Source: an uncultured Bacteroidales bacterium
GTDB taxonomy: Bacteria; Bacteroidota; Bacteroidia; Bacteroidales; UBA932
Assembly (NCBI GenBank): GCA_947170165.1
Contig: CAMVSK010000012.1
Span: forward strand, 2,332 to 66,331
Direction of reading: 5' to 3'
Length of the DNA: 64,000 bases
Every line of letters starts with the position of its first letter. Position 1 is the stretch's first letter. Of the stretch, positions 16,907 to 27,110 are shown piece by piece. The notes beneath the pieces were generated by a model. It saw nothing but the letters and a program-made list of their open reading frames with translations, was not told where the DNA came from and did not search any database. The translations under genes and the position numbers were made by a program.

Positions 16907-19305
16907 AAAAGTCTTTGTTACTCAGTTTATTCCTGCTGTCATCAGCCCTGATGTCAGCGAATCCGGTCCGGACAGTCAAACTCGACAACGGCCTCACCGT
17001 AGGCGTGGAAGTGTGCAGCGATGCGATCTTCCATATTACCATTTCTCCGAGAGGCTCCTTCACCGAGGCCCTGTTGAACAGGTATGGTGTGGTGAAAACC
17101 GACTGGGATCCGGTAGAAAGCACATATACCTTCGATGAAGGCCAGCCCGCCGGCCTGAACGAGAGTTACATATTCCAGACTGCGAAGGGCAGCCTGACCA
17201 TAGCCAAGGCCGACGGGGCCATCTGCCTGAAAGATGCCTCCGGGAATGTGGTTGTGAAGGATATCCTTTTCCGCAAGCCGGGGACGCCTGAAGTACGTGC
17301 CCTTGCGGAAGCTGTGATCGACAAGTTCGGCAGCCTCGTGGTTGCAAAGAACGACGGCATCATCGGCGACGACACCAATAGCAAGAACAAGCGGGACACC
17401 GCCGAGGCCGGCGATCCTGCCAAAGCCAGCATCATCTCGCTCAGCATGGCGGACGGAGAGCGCTTTTATGGCGGTGGGAGCACTTCCCGCGAGCATATCC
17501 AGCACCGCGGAGAGATGCTCCGCATGTGGACGGCCTACCAGCACACCGAGATCCCCATGCCCTTCATGATGAGCTCACGCGGATGGGGGATTTTCAACAA
17601 CACCACCCGCAAGTGCCACTTCGACGTTGGCTGCACCGATCCTGCGCGCTTCAATATCTACAATACCTTCGACGAGGCCGACTTCTACCTGATGATAGGA
17701 ACCGACATGCCCTCGGTGCTAGATCTCTACACCCAGATCACAGGACGCACCTACGTGCTTCCCAAGTGGGCCTACGGATTCGCATTCGGCCCCAACATGC
17801 GCGAAGACCAGTGGGCCATCCTCTCCGACGCCGCCAATTTCCGCCAGATGGGAGTGCCCGTGGACCTCTTCTGGCTGGAGCCTCAGTGGATGGAGAAACG
17901 CTACGACTTCTCCACCCAAAAGAGGTGGAATTACGACAAATTCTCCCCCGAGCCCTACTGGCTGCAGGACAAGATGCCCAAGAAGTTCTATCCCCGCCTG
18001 TTCGTGGGCAAACTCAAGAGTATGGGTATTCATCTGGGCCTCTGGCTTTGCGAGGAATATGACCACAGCATCATAGAAGAAGACCTGATTGCCGAGCGCG
18101 AAGGGCGCGCCCAGTCCGGGCTGGAACACTGGCCGGACCATCTCACCAAGTTTATGGATATGGGAGTGGACGGATTCAAGCTGGATCCCGCCCGCACCAT
18201 CGACGAGCATCCTACCTGGAAATACTATAACGGCTTGACCGACAAGGAGATGCACAATCTTAATCAGGTTCTGCTCGTGAAGCAGGTAGCATCCATGACC
18301 CGCAGGCACACCGGCAAACGCAGTTGGCATCACTACTGCGGCGGATGGGCCGGCACCCAGCACTGGACAGCCGCCAACAGCGGCGATAACGGCGGCGGCC
18401 TGATCGCCCTCTACGACCAGCACAACCTGGGAATGAGCGGATTCATGAATCTGAGCTGCGACGTGATGAGCGTTCCACGCGAGCAGGAGATGCAGGGCCT
18501 ACACTTCGGCATTTTCCTTCCATGGGTGCAGGTGAACAGCTGGTTCAGCATGATGCAGCCGTTCTATTATTCCGGAGTGGAGAAGGAGATGTATAAGTTC
18601 TATGTTAAGCTTCGCTACCAGTTTATACCTTACATCTACTCCAATGCGCTTGAGGGAGCCCTGACTGGCATGCCCATGGTACGTTCAATGCCCCTTGAAT
18701 TCCCGGACGACCGCAATTGCGACGATATGGCCCTGCAGTATATGTTCGGCCATCAGTACTGCGTAAGTGCCTACAGCAACGATATTTACCTCCCTGCCGG
18801 CGAGTGGATCAACGTATGGACCGGTGAACTCATCAACAGTAGGGGAGAGGTGGTCACACGCGAACTTCCCTACAACCGTGCCGGGCAGTTCTTCGTGCGC
18901 AACGGCGCCATCGTGCCCACACAGCCGGATGTGGAATTCATCGGCTCCAAGCCCCAGACAGACTTTATAATAAAGGTATATCCTCACGGCGACAGCAGCT
19001 TCACCATGTATGAAGATGACGGCGAGAGCTACGAATACGAAAACGGGGCGATTTCTTCGACCCTGTTCGAGTGCCGCCAGGAAGGAAAGTTCGCCGATAT
19101 TACTGTTAATCCTGTGCAAGGCAGCTATAAAGGAATGCCTTCAGCACGCAATTACAGCTTCGAAGTCCGCTGCACCTCCAAACCCAGGAAGGTCGTGGTG
19201 AACGGAATCAAGACCAAGGACTGGACCTGGGAAGACAACACCCTGAAAGTTTCCGCCGGCAAGGTGGGTATAAATGAGAAAACTACCGTAAATATTAGCC
19301 TCTGA
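16903..19305 (+). CDS. GH31 glycoside hydrolase with C-terminal DUF5110-like domain
   Basis: LYTQITGR...LPKWAYG, GVPVDLFWLE, KLRYQFIPYIYS, GMPMVRSMPLEFPDD, QYMFG, YEDDGES. Confidence 0.85.
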   Translation: MKKSLLLSLFLLSSALMSANPVRTVKLDNGLTVGVEVCSDAIFHITISPRGSFTEALLNRYGVVKTDWDPVESTYTFDEGQPAGLNESYIFQTAKGSLTIAKADGAICLKDASGNVVVKDILFRKPGTPEVRALAEAVIDKFGSLVVAKNDGIIGDDTNSKNKRDTAEAGDPAKASIISLSMADGERFYGGGSTSREHIQHRGEMLRMWTAYQHTEIPMPFMMSSRGWGIFNNTTRKCHFDVGCTDPARFNIYNTFDEADFYLMIGTDMPSVLDLYTQITGRTYVLPKWAYGFAFGPNMREDQWAILSDAANFRQMGVPVDLFWLEPQWMEKRYDFSTQKRWNYDKFSPEPYWLQDKMPKKFYPRLFVGKLKSMGIHLGLWLCEEYDHSIIEEDLIAEREGRAQSGLEHWPDHLTKFMDMGVDGFKLDPARTIDEHPTWKYYNGLTDKEMHNLNQVLLVKQVASMTRRHTGKRSWHHYCGGWAGTQHWTAANSGDNGGGLIALYDQHNLGMSGFMNLSCDVMSVPREQEMQGLHFGIFLPWVQVNSWFSMMQPFYYSGVEKEMYKFYVKLRYQFIPYIYSNALEGALTGMPMVRSMPLEFPDDRNCDDMALQYMFGHQYCVSAYSNDIYLPAGEWINVWTGELINSRGEVVTRELPYNRAGQFFVRNGAIVPTQPDVEFIGSKPQTDFIIKVYPHGDSSFTMYEDDGESYEYENGAISSTLFECRQEGKFADITVNPVQGSYKGMPSARNYSFEVRCTSKPRKVVVNGIKTKDWTWEDNTLKVSAGKVGINEKTTVNISL

Positions 19306-21656
19306 TGAAAAGATATATGCTTCTGGCCGCCGTCCTGGTGGTCTCCGTATCCTCCTGCGGCGATTGGAAGAATGCTTCCCTTCCTGCTGAAAAGCGTGCG
19401 AAGCTCCTGCTCAAGGAGATGACCCTCGAAGAGAAAATCGGCCAGATGTGCCAGTACGTCGGCCCCTGCTATGTGCCGCCGGATCAGGGGTCGCCATACA
19501 AGAATATAGACGCTTCGGACGAGAATCTGGGCAATCCGGGCCTTGCGGACAAGATACGGGCCGGAAAAGTCGGCTCCTTCCTGCATGTTCTCACCGGGGA
19601 GGAAGCGCATCAGTTGCAGGTGCTTGCGAGCGAATCCCGCTTGGGAATCCCTCTGCTATTCGGCATAGACGCCATCCACGGCAACTGCCTTAGGGTGGGA
19701 TGCACGGTGTATCCCTCTCCCATCAACCTGGCCTCGACATTCAATCCCGGGGCAATGGAAAAGATAGGTGCCGAGACCGCCGAGGAGATGCGCGCCACAG
19801 GCATGTACTGGACTTTCGCTCCCAATCTCGATGTTGCACGCGATGCCCGCTGGGGCAGGATGGGGGAGACGTTCGGGGAAGATCCCTGGCTGGTCTCCCA
19901 GATGGGTAAGTACATGATCTGGGGCCTCCAGGGGCGTGACCGGAATTATGCCGATGGCAAGGTGTTGGCCTGTGCCAAGCACCTTATCGGTGGCGGCGAG
20001 CCGTTCGGCGGCTTGAACGCTTCTCCCATGGACATGAGCGAGCGCAAGTTGCGCGAGATACATCTGCCTCCTTTCGTGGTAGCCGTTGAGGAGGCGGGAG
20101 TTGCTACGGTCATGACCGCACATAATGAGTTGAATGGTATTCCTTGCCATGCAAACAGTTGGCTGATAGAGGATTTGCTCCGGGGAGAGCTTGGTTTCGA
20201 CGGTTTCGTAGTGAGCGATTGGATGGATATCGAGCGCCTGCACAGCATGCATCATCTGGTTCCCAGCGAGGATGAGGCTTTCAAGGTCTCCGTGGAATCC
20301 GGGATCGATATTCACATGCAGGGGGACAATTATTTCGAGTCGGTGCTGGATGGGGTGAAGAGCGGACGTATTCCCGAAAAGCGGATCAACGAGGCGGCGG
20401 GCAAGATACTGACTGCCAAGTTTGCGCTCGGCCTTTTCGAAAATCCTATTCCGGAACTCCCTGCCGAGCGTGGTTTTGCTGCCATCCCTGAACACCGGCA
20501 GACCTCTCTGGAGGCCGCCCGCGAAGGGTTGGTCCTTCTGAAAAATGACGGTATCCTCCCGCTGCTCACCGCGAGAAGCAAAGGGCTGGTCCGTGTCCCA
20601 CAGGGGGACGCCGGTACCAGCATTGCTTCTCCGAAGGCCATCGCACCCCAACGCATCTTTTTATGCGGACCGAACATCGATAGCCAGACGATATTGGGCG
20701 ACTGGGTGGTTCCGCAGGATGACGATGACGTGATTACCGTATTCGAGGGCCTGAAAGCGGTCTGCCCGGGAGCAAGGATAGACACCATGACATTCCGCGG
20801 CCGTGTTACGGCGGTTGATGATGCCGGCATACGCCAGGCTGCTTCAAAGGCCCGTCAGGCTGACGTGAATATACTTGTTCTCGGAGATAATTCCCAGCGC
20901 TATTCCGCATTTGGCCGCACCTGCGGCGAGAATTGCGACAGGGACAACATCGACCTGCCAGGCCGCCAGCAGGAACTGCTGGAAGCGGTCGCGGCGAGCG
21001 GTCGCCCGACCGTGCTCATTCTCATGAGCGGCCGGGCCCTTGGCGTTCAATGGGCGGCGGAGAATCCTTCCGTAAACGCAATCCTGGAGGCCTGGGAGCC
21101 CGGCCAGATGGGCGGCCAGGCAATCGCCGAAGTTCTCTTCGGCCTCGTGAATCCTTCCGGAAAACTGCCTGTAACCATCCCCCGCAACGCGGGTCAGATA
21201 CAATGCGTGTATAATCACAAGCACTCGCAGTACTCGCGCCACTTCGCACTTGCAGAGCAGGGGCCCCTCTATCCTTTCGGATTCGGACTCAGCTATTCCG
21301 GATTCGAGTTCGGGGAGCCGGTTCTCTCGAAATCGGAGATCGGAAAGGATGAAATAGTGAAAATGAGCATCACGCTGAAAAATGCTGGTCATGCGGCCGG
21401 TGCAGAGGTGGTTCAGTTGTATATCCGCGATGAGTATGGATCCATTACTCGTCCTGTCAAGGAACTGAAAGCCATACGGAAAGTGTTCTTGAAACCTGGC
21501 GAAAGCGTTGATATCCAGTTCGATATAACTCCTGAAATGCTTGCCTGCTGGGGAGCGTCGGAGTTTTGGGAGGTCGAGCCCGGGGAGTTTACCCTCATGG
21601 TCGGCCCTTCATCGGCGGATGGTGAGCTTAAGAAAATATCCTTATCCGTTCGGTAG
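19305..21656 (+). CDS. GH3 beta-glycosidase with Fn3-like domain
   Basis: MTLEEKIGQM, RLGIPLLFGIDAIHG, DARWGRMGETFGEDP, ACAKHL, GFVVSDW, EVVQLYIRDEYGSITRPVKELK. Confidence 0.92.
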   Translation: MKRYMLLAAVLVVSVSSCGDWKNASLPAEKRAKLLLKEMTLEEKIGQMCQYVGPCYVPPDQGSPYKNIDASDENLGNPGLADKIRAGKVGSFLHVLTGEEAHQLQVLASESRLGIPLLFGIDAIHGNCLRVGCTVYPSPINLASTFNPGAMEKIGAETAEEMRATGMYWTFAPNLDVARDARWGRMGETFGEDPWLVSQMGKYMIWGLQGRDRNYADGKVLACAKHLIGGGEPFGGLNASPMDMSERKLREIHLPPFVVAVEEAGVATVMTAHNELNGIPCHANSWLIEDLLRGELGFDGFVVSDWMDIERLHSMHHLVPSEDEAFKVSVESGIDIHMQGDNYFESVLDGVKSGRIPEKRINEAAGKILTAKFALGLFENPIPELPAERGFAAIPEHRQTSLEAAREGLVLLKNDGILPLLTARSKGLVRVPQGDAGTSIASPKAIAPQRIFLCGPNIDSQTILGDWVVPQDDDDVITVFEGLKAVCPGARIDTMTFRGRVTAVDDAGIRQAASKARQADVNILVLGDNSQRYSAFGRTCGENCDRDNIDLPGRQQELLEAVAASGRPTVLILMSGRALGVQWAAENPSVNAILEAWEPGQMGGQAIAEVLFGLVNPSGKLPVTIPRNAGQIQCVYNHKHSQYSRHFALAEQGPLYPFGFGLSYSGFEFGEPVLSKSEIGKDEIVKMSITLKNAGHAAGAEVVQLYIRDEYGSITRPVKELKAIRKVFLKPGESVDIQFDITPEMLACWGASEFWEVEPGEFTLMVGPSSADGELKKISLSVR
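20573..20631. repeat. In-frame palindromic (hairpin) segment within GH3 gene
   Basis: Nested pairs GAGAAGCAA/TTGCTTCTC, GCTGGT/ACCAGC, CCG/CGG and GTCCC/GGGAC give about 23 bp in 59 nt. Confidence 0.8.
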
Positions 21657-21779
21657 TTTTTTTAAAGAAATTACCATTCTACTATTGTATATTTAAAGAA
21701 AAATGCGGATATTTGGGTGATTTTATATCATTTTGAAAGCACATAACACAACACTATACCTAATTATTAACAACTGTTT

Positions 21780-24700
21780 ATGGTAAAACGTTTCATTATG
21801 GTAACGCTTGCTCTCCTTACTATAGGAGTGCAGGCCTTCGCCCAGAATGCCATCACCGGTAAAGTGGTGGACGCAAAGGGTGAACCCGTAGTCGGCGCAG
21901 GTGTCCAGATCAAGGGCACTACCGTCGGCGTTGTAACGGACCTGGACGGCCAGTTCAGCCTCAAAGCCGCTGACAAGGCCACCCTGGTTATCTCTTCCAT
22001 CGGTTACAAGACTGCGGAAGTTGCAGTCGGCAACCGTTCCAATCTCAACGTAGTCCTCGAAGAGGATGCACTCTTCCTCGACGACGTGGTGGTCGTGGGT
22101 TACGGCACCGCGCGCAAGCGTGACGTGTCAGGAGCTATCCAGAGCGTGAACTATGGCAATGATGCCAACGTGGCATTGCTCCCTAACCCTAACGCCCTGG
22201 CAGCTCTGTCCAGCAAGGTCGCAGGTCTCAATTATCTGCCCACGACTTCCGCTTCAGGAGACAACACACAGACCATGACTATCCGTGGTAAGAATGCCAT
22301 CCCTTCGGGCGGTAGCGTTTCCGCTTCTTCGCAGGCGGTCAACCAGCCTTTGCTCGTCATCGACGGAGTTCTTTCCTATGGTTCAATCAACTCGATCAAT
22401 ACCGCCGACATCCAGAGTATTGACGTGTTGAAGGATGCATCTGCTGCAGCCATCTACGGATCCCGTGCTGCTAACGGTGTTATTGTGATCACGACCAAGC
22501 GTGGTGCAAGCGCAAAGCCGACAGTTGCTTTCAACGCAAGTTGGAGCGTGTCTGACTGGAGCCGTCTTCCCAAGATGGTTACCGACAAGGAGACCTTCCT
22601 GAAGAACCGTTTCTATTCGAAGGTTGGGGCTGGTGATGAGAGTTTTAAAAACAAGAAATGGGAAGATTATGCAGACCTGGACGCAGCTGCCACCGAGTTG
22701 CTGAATACTGTTGAAAAGCAGGCTTGGGACGAGGGTATTTATACCGACTGGGTAAGGGAGATTTCCCGCAAGGGCGTTGGCCAAAAGTATGACGTAAGTC
22801 TCAGCGGAAAAGAAAGCAGAGTTAGTTACTATGTGTCTGCCGATTATACCCGTCAGCAGGGCATCCGCAAGGGTGATGATTACGAGAAAGCCGGTGCAAT
22901 GGTTAAACTCGATTTTAATGTTACTGATTGGCTTACCGCCGGTGTTAAAGCCAACTATCTTGCTTCAAGCAGTTGGGGACAGACCGCCAGCCTCCGTCAT
23001 GCCATGTGGATGTCACCTTATTCCTATGTGCATTCAACTGTCGAAGGATTCACCGATTGGTATAATTCCAAGCCTGACGGAAGCACCGCAAGCCCTTACT
23101 GGGGAGCAGGTGAAAACGACTCCCATCTTTGGACTAACCGCAGCAGCAAGAGCAACAATCTCAATGCCGTTGCCTATGCCCAGATTGATTTCCCCTTCAT
23201 CAAAGGCCTGAGCTACCGCATTACAGCCCAGACTCAGAGGAATGCGGGGTATGGTGATGTATTCAATCGCCCTGAAATCAAGGTGAACACGACCAGCAAG
23301 AACGATATGCTGAATCCTCAGCAGTACAACAGTGCATCGAGTGGCCAATCTTCATTCAGCAACTATGCTGCATGGAATATTGACCAGATTATTACCTACG
23401 TAAAAGAAATCGACCGCAATCACTTTGATTTTATGGCCGGTTACACCCGCGAATACACAAATAGCAATGGACTAGTCATCAAGTTCAACGGTTTCGATAC
23501 TCCTACCGACCTGGGTGTATACAATCTTGCCACCGCGAACAATTTTGTCCCCAACCGTACCCGTGTGGAGTCTTCTGCAGTAGGTTATCTGTTCCGCGCG
23601 AACTATAATTATGATAACACCTACTATGCTACGTTCAACTTCCGTCGTGACGGTTATTCCGCTTTCGCCGCAGGTCACAAGTGGGGTAATTTCTTCGGTG
23701 CATCTGCCGCTTGGGTTCTCAGCAATGAAGACTTTATAAAAGATATAGATGCCATCAACTTCCTCAAGCTTCGTCTTTCCTGGGGTCAGAACGGTTCCCG
23801 TTCGGTCACTCCTTATATAACAAAGCCTACCGTTGGCAAGGATGTCAGCAACAATGGTGCTATTACAATGACATGGCTCGGTGATGCTTCCAACCTTGGT
23901 ATGGCTCCCAGTAATGTTCCTAACCCTGAACTTACATGGGCAACCATCGAAAAGTTCAATGTCGGTTTGGATTTCTCTTTGATGGAGAACCGCATCAACG
24001 GTAGCGTGGATGTTTATTCCGGAGCAACCAAGGACATGCTTGTCAGCCGCTCCGCTCCTTATTTCTCCGGTTTCACAAGTGTTTATGACAATGTAGGTAA
24101 GGTTACTAACAAGGGTGTTGAACTTGTGCTAAATACTGTCAATGTAAACGGTAACGGCAAGGACAGCTTCCGTTGGGAAAGCAATTTCATTTTCGACAGC
24201 AACGTGAATAAGATCGTTTCCCTCTTCGGTAACAACTATGAGGGGAAGGAAGCAGATGATATCGCGAATGCAGTTGCTTATGGCTTCGACAGCTACTATG
24301 CACTTCAGGTCGGTCATCCTATCGGATCTGCATACGACTATAGCGTGAGTATCTTCCAGAGTCAGGATGAGATTGACAATTATGTGAATGAGAAAGGCGA
24401 GCAGTATCAGCCTAAGGCAAAGCCCGGTGACCTTAAGTATGAAGACTGGAACAAGGATGGTAAAATCAGCGATGCAGATATGCACTTCCTTGGTTCCCCC
24501 GACCCGCTGTTTACCTTGAACTTCGGCAACACGCTGAGCTATAAGAACTTCAGCCTCTACTTCAACTTCCGCTGGGCTCAGGGCGACAAGACCCACTTCC
24601 TGTGGTTCGACCCGAACGCATTCGGCACCAGTATGGGCAGCGGCGCACAGCTTGCTCGTGTGAAACCTTGGACCGAGGAGAATCCTTCCACGGTGTTCCC

Positions 24701-25004
24701 CCGTTATGGATTCAACAACACTGAGAATAATAACGCTCTGTTCTATCGTTTCTGGAACCAGCGCTCTTTCCTGAAGCTGAAAGACCTTGTGTTCTCATAC
24801 AATATCGATCAGACTCTCACCAGGAAGATCGGTGTTTCCGCAGCACGTGTCTATGTTGCAGCCACCGACCTCTTCACGATTTCCAATTGGTCGGGTATCG
24901 ACCCTGAAAACGCCGGAACGATTGCACTCGGTGCAAGCTCCGACCGTTATGGCAGCAACGGCACATACAAGACCGTCACCTTCGGCGTCAACCTGACATT
25001 CTAA
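21780..25004 (+). CDS. susC: SusC-like TonB-dependent transporter
   Basis: LDDVVVVGYGT, PLLVIDGV, IDVLKDASAAAIYGSRAANGVIVITTKRG, C-terminal FGVNLTF. Confidence 0.95.
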   Translation: MVKRFIMVTLALLTIGVQAFAQNAITGKVVDAKGEPVVGAGVQIKGTTVGVVTDLDGQFSLKAADKATLVISSIGYKTAEVAVGNRSNLNVVLEEDALFLDDVVVVGYGTARKRDVSGAIQSVNYGNDANVALLPNPNALAALSSKVAGLNYLPTTSASGDNTQTMTIRGKNAIPSGGSVSASSQAVNQPLLVIDGVLSYGSINSINTADIQSIDVLKDASAAAIYGSRAANGVIVITTKRGASAKPTVAFNASWSVSDWSRLPKMVTDKETFLKNRFYSKVGAGDESFKNKKWEDYADLDAAATELLNTVEKQAWDEGIYTDWVREISRKGVGQKYDVSLSGKESRVSYYVSADYTRQQGIRKGDDYEKAGAMVKLDFNVTDWLTAGVKANYLASSSWGQTASLRHAMWMSPYSYVHSTVEGFTDWYNSKPDGSTASPYWGAGENDSHLWTNRSSKSNNLNAVAYAQIDFPFIKGLSYRITAQTQRNAGYGDVFNRPEIKVNTTSKNDMLNPQQYNSASSGQSSFSNYAAWNIDQIITYVKEIDRNHFDFMAGYTREYTNSNGLVIKFNGFDTPTDLGVYNLATANNFVPNRTRVESSAVGYLFRANYNYDNTYYATFNFRRDGYSAFAAGHKWGNFFGASAAWVLSNEDFIKDIDAINFLKLRLSWGQNGSRSVTPYITKPTVGKDVSNNGAITMTWLGDASNLGMAPSNVPNPELTWATIEKFNVGLDFSLMENRINGSVDVYSGATKDMLVSRSAPYFSGFTSVYDNVGKVTNKGVELVLNTVNVNGNGKDSFRWESNFIFDSNVNKIVSLFGNNYEGKEADDIANAVAYGFDSYYALQVGHPIGSAYDYSVSIFQSQDEIDNYVNEKGEQYQPKAKPGDLKYEDWNKDGKISDADMHFLGSPDPLFTLNFGNTLSYKNFSLYFNFRWAQGDKTHFLWFDPNAFGTSMGSGAQLARVKPWTEENPSTVFPRYGFNNTENNNALFYRFWNQRSFLKLKDLVFSYNIDQTLTRKIGVSAARVYVAATDLFTISNWSGIDPENAGTIALGASSDRYGSNGTYKTVTFGVNLTF

Positions 25005-25023
25005 TTTTAACAAAGAAGGAATT

Positions 25024-27060
25024 ATGAAAATCAACAAAATAATTGCAATCCTTGCTCTAGGTGCTTTTATGGTCACCTCCTGCAATGATGACAAGTTCCT
25101 TGAAGAGAAATCTTACCAGCATGACTCTGAGACCTTCTACACATCTCAACGCTCGATGGAAATTGGTCTTGCCGCTTGCTATGCCGAGGTTCAGTATGTA
25201 ATCTATGGCTGCATGCGTACTACTCACTCATGGATGCTCATGGGCTGCAACCTTGATACATTCACGGAGACTAGTGCAACAGGTAATGTCAACTGGGGCT
25301 CCATGGGACCTAATAGCGGATATGCTCGTCACTGGGCAGACTATATGTATAAACTCGCCAATCGTGCCAATACCGTTATTGATGGTATAGACGAGCATCC
25401 TGAAATCGTTTATAAGAATGACACATATAAAAACGAACTTCGTGCCGAAGCCGTTTTCATGCGTGCATTTGCTTATAGGGTCCTCGCCGGCATGTATGGC
25501 GGAGTCGTTTACAACGAGCATAGGACTACCGAAGCACGTTATGACTATGAACTTATTTCCCGTGAAGCAGCATGGGAGAAAATAGCCGCCGACTTCAAGT
25601 GGGCTGAGGACAACCTTCCCAAGACACCCCGTCTTAAGGGAACCGTTACCAAAGCTGCTGCAGCACACTATCTTGCCGAGACATATCTTGCCCTTGGTAA
25701 GTTCTCCGATGCTGAAAAAGCTGCCACTCGAGTTATTGACAAGACTGACGGCGATTACAGTATCATGCTCACTCGCTTCGGCAACCGCGCAGACCAGGCC
25801 ACAGACCGTTATGGCAATTCCCTTGCTGCTCCTCAGGGGGCTTACTGGGATCTTTTCCGCAGTTCTATGACTACTAGCGGTAAGACCGCAAATGACGGTA
25901 ACTCCAATGATCCTGCAAACAAGGAAGCTATCTGGGTCTGCCAGTCTGACTTCTCAGACGAAGATATGTGGACTCAGGGTGGTTCCGGAGACTCTTGGTG
26001 GCGTACTCATACTGCTCCTGTTGAGGCTTGCTGGGCACCATGGCTCCCCATGGGAGGGAAAAACGGCGTTCGTAAGGACAAAGACGGCAAATCCTTCTAT
26101 ATCTTTACTACAGACGCGGTTTGCTTCCCTGCAGGTGTAACTATAGATGGCATGGGTAAACCTAATGCGAATGTGGCAGATGCCGCCGGTCGTGGAGCTG
26201 CTATAGACGCTTGTTATTACATAGATTCTCTTGCTTCCAAATCTCTTGGAAATGGAGCAAACTACGGACTCACCTGTATCGCTACTGAATACATGACTCG
26301 TCCTTATGGTGACATCAATGGCAGTGTCTGGAACGATCCTAATGACTTCCGTGGTTCAGATGTTATGATCCAGCGTGATCCTTATTGTATCGCCAATGGT
26401 AAGAAATGGTCTGAGATTAAAGCTGATATAGCTGCCCGTGCCGCTGCTCATCCAGGCGATAACTCTTATCTTCTGACAGCAGGTGATACCATGAATGTCA
26501 CTCCTCGTTTCTGGAAGTTCTCCGATGATATGCATGCTTTGAAAGATCAGTACTACAAGATCAATGTCTATGACTGCGACTGGTACATGATTCGTATCGC
26601 CGAGACCTATCTGCTTCGCGCTGAGGCATATCTTGGACTCAACCAGAAGGATAAGGCTGCCGATGACATCAATGTTGTCCGTGGTCGTGCAGGCGCTGCA
26701 AATGTGGCCGCTTCCGACGTTGACATCGACTACATCATGGACGAGCGCGCTCGCGAGCTCTTTGGTGAGGAACATCGTTTCATTACTCTTAGCCGTCTGA
26801 GCTGCAACCCCAAAGCGACCTATGTGACTGCTAAGTATCCTACCCAGAACACAACTACTACCAACTACATGTATGAGCGTGTTCACAAGTATGGATTCGG
26901 TTTCGAAGGTGCTCCCGGCACCCGTGAGGCTTACACAGACAAGATGGGCAAGACCCGTCACTACAGCAACTTCAAGCCTCACAACTACGTATTCCCTATT
27001 CCTATCCAGATTATCCAGTCCAACAAGGACAAAGAGATTCCTCAGAATCCTGGCTATTAA
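25024..27060 (+). CDS. susD: SusD/RagB-family lipoprotein
   Basis: Lipobox MVTS-C-NDD; AEAVFMRAFAY, IRIAETYLLRAEA, IMDERARELFGEEHRF, QNPGY. Confidence 0.93.
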   Translation: MKINKIIAILALGAFMVTSCNDDKFLEEKSYQHDSETFYTSQRSMEIGLAACYAEVQYVIYGCMRTTHSWMLMGCNLDTFTETSATGNVNWGSMGPNSGYARHWADYMYKLANRANTVIDGIDEHPEIVYKNDTYKNELRAEAVFMRAFAYRVLAGMYGGVVYNEHRTTEARYDYELISREAAWEKIAADFKWAEDNLPKTPRLKGTVTKAAAAHYLAETYLALGKFSDAEKAATRVIDKTDGDYSIMLTRFGNRADQATDRYGNSLAAPQGAYWDLFRSSMTTSGKTANDGNSNDPANKEAIWVCQSDFSDEDMWTQGGSGDSWWRTHTAPVEACWAPWLPMGGKNGVRKDKDGKSFYIFTTDAVCFPAGVTIDGMGKPNANVADAAGRGAAIDACYYIDSLASKSLGNGANYGLTCIATEYMTRPYGDINGSVWNDPNDFRGSDVMIQRDPYCIANGKKWSEIKADIAARAAAHPGDNSYLLTAGDTMNVTPRFWKFSDDMHALKDQYYKINVYDCDWYMIRIAETYLLRAEAYLGLNQKDKAADDINVVRGRAGAANVAASDVDIDYIMDERARELFGEEHRFITLSRLSCNPKATYVTAKYPTQNTTTTNYMYERVHKYGFGFEGAPGTREAYTDKMGKTRHYSNFKPHNYVFPIPIQIIQSNKDKEIPQNPGY

Positions 27061-27081
27061 TAGTTGATTACTTATAGAATT

Positions 27082-27110
27082 GACCGGCTCCATGAGGGGC
27101 CGGTCTTTTT
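27082..27110 (+). terminator. Intrinsic terminator after susD
   Basis: GACCGGCTCC-ATGA-GGGGCCGGTC stem (one G.T) followed by TTTTTATTT, at the convergent junction with GH92. Confidence 0.8.
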
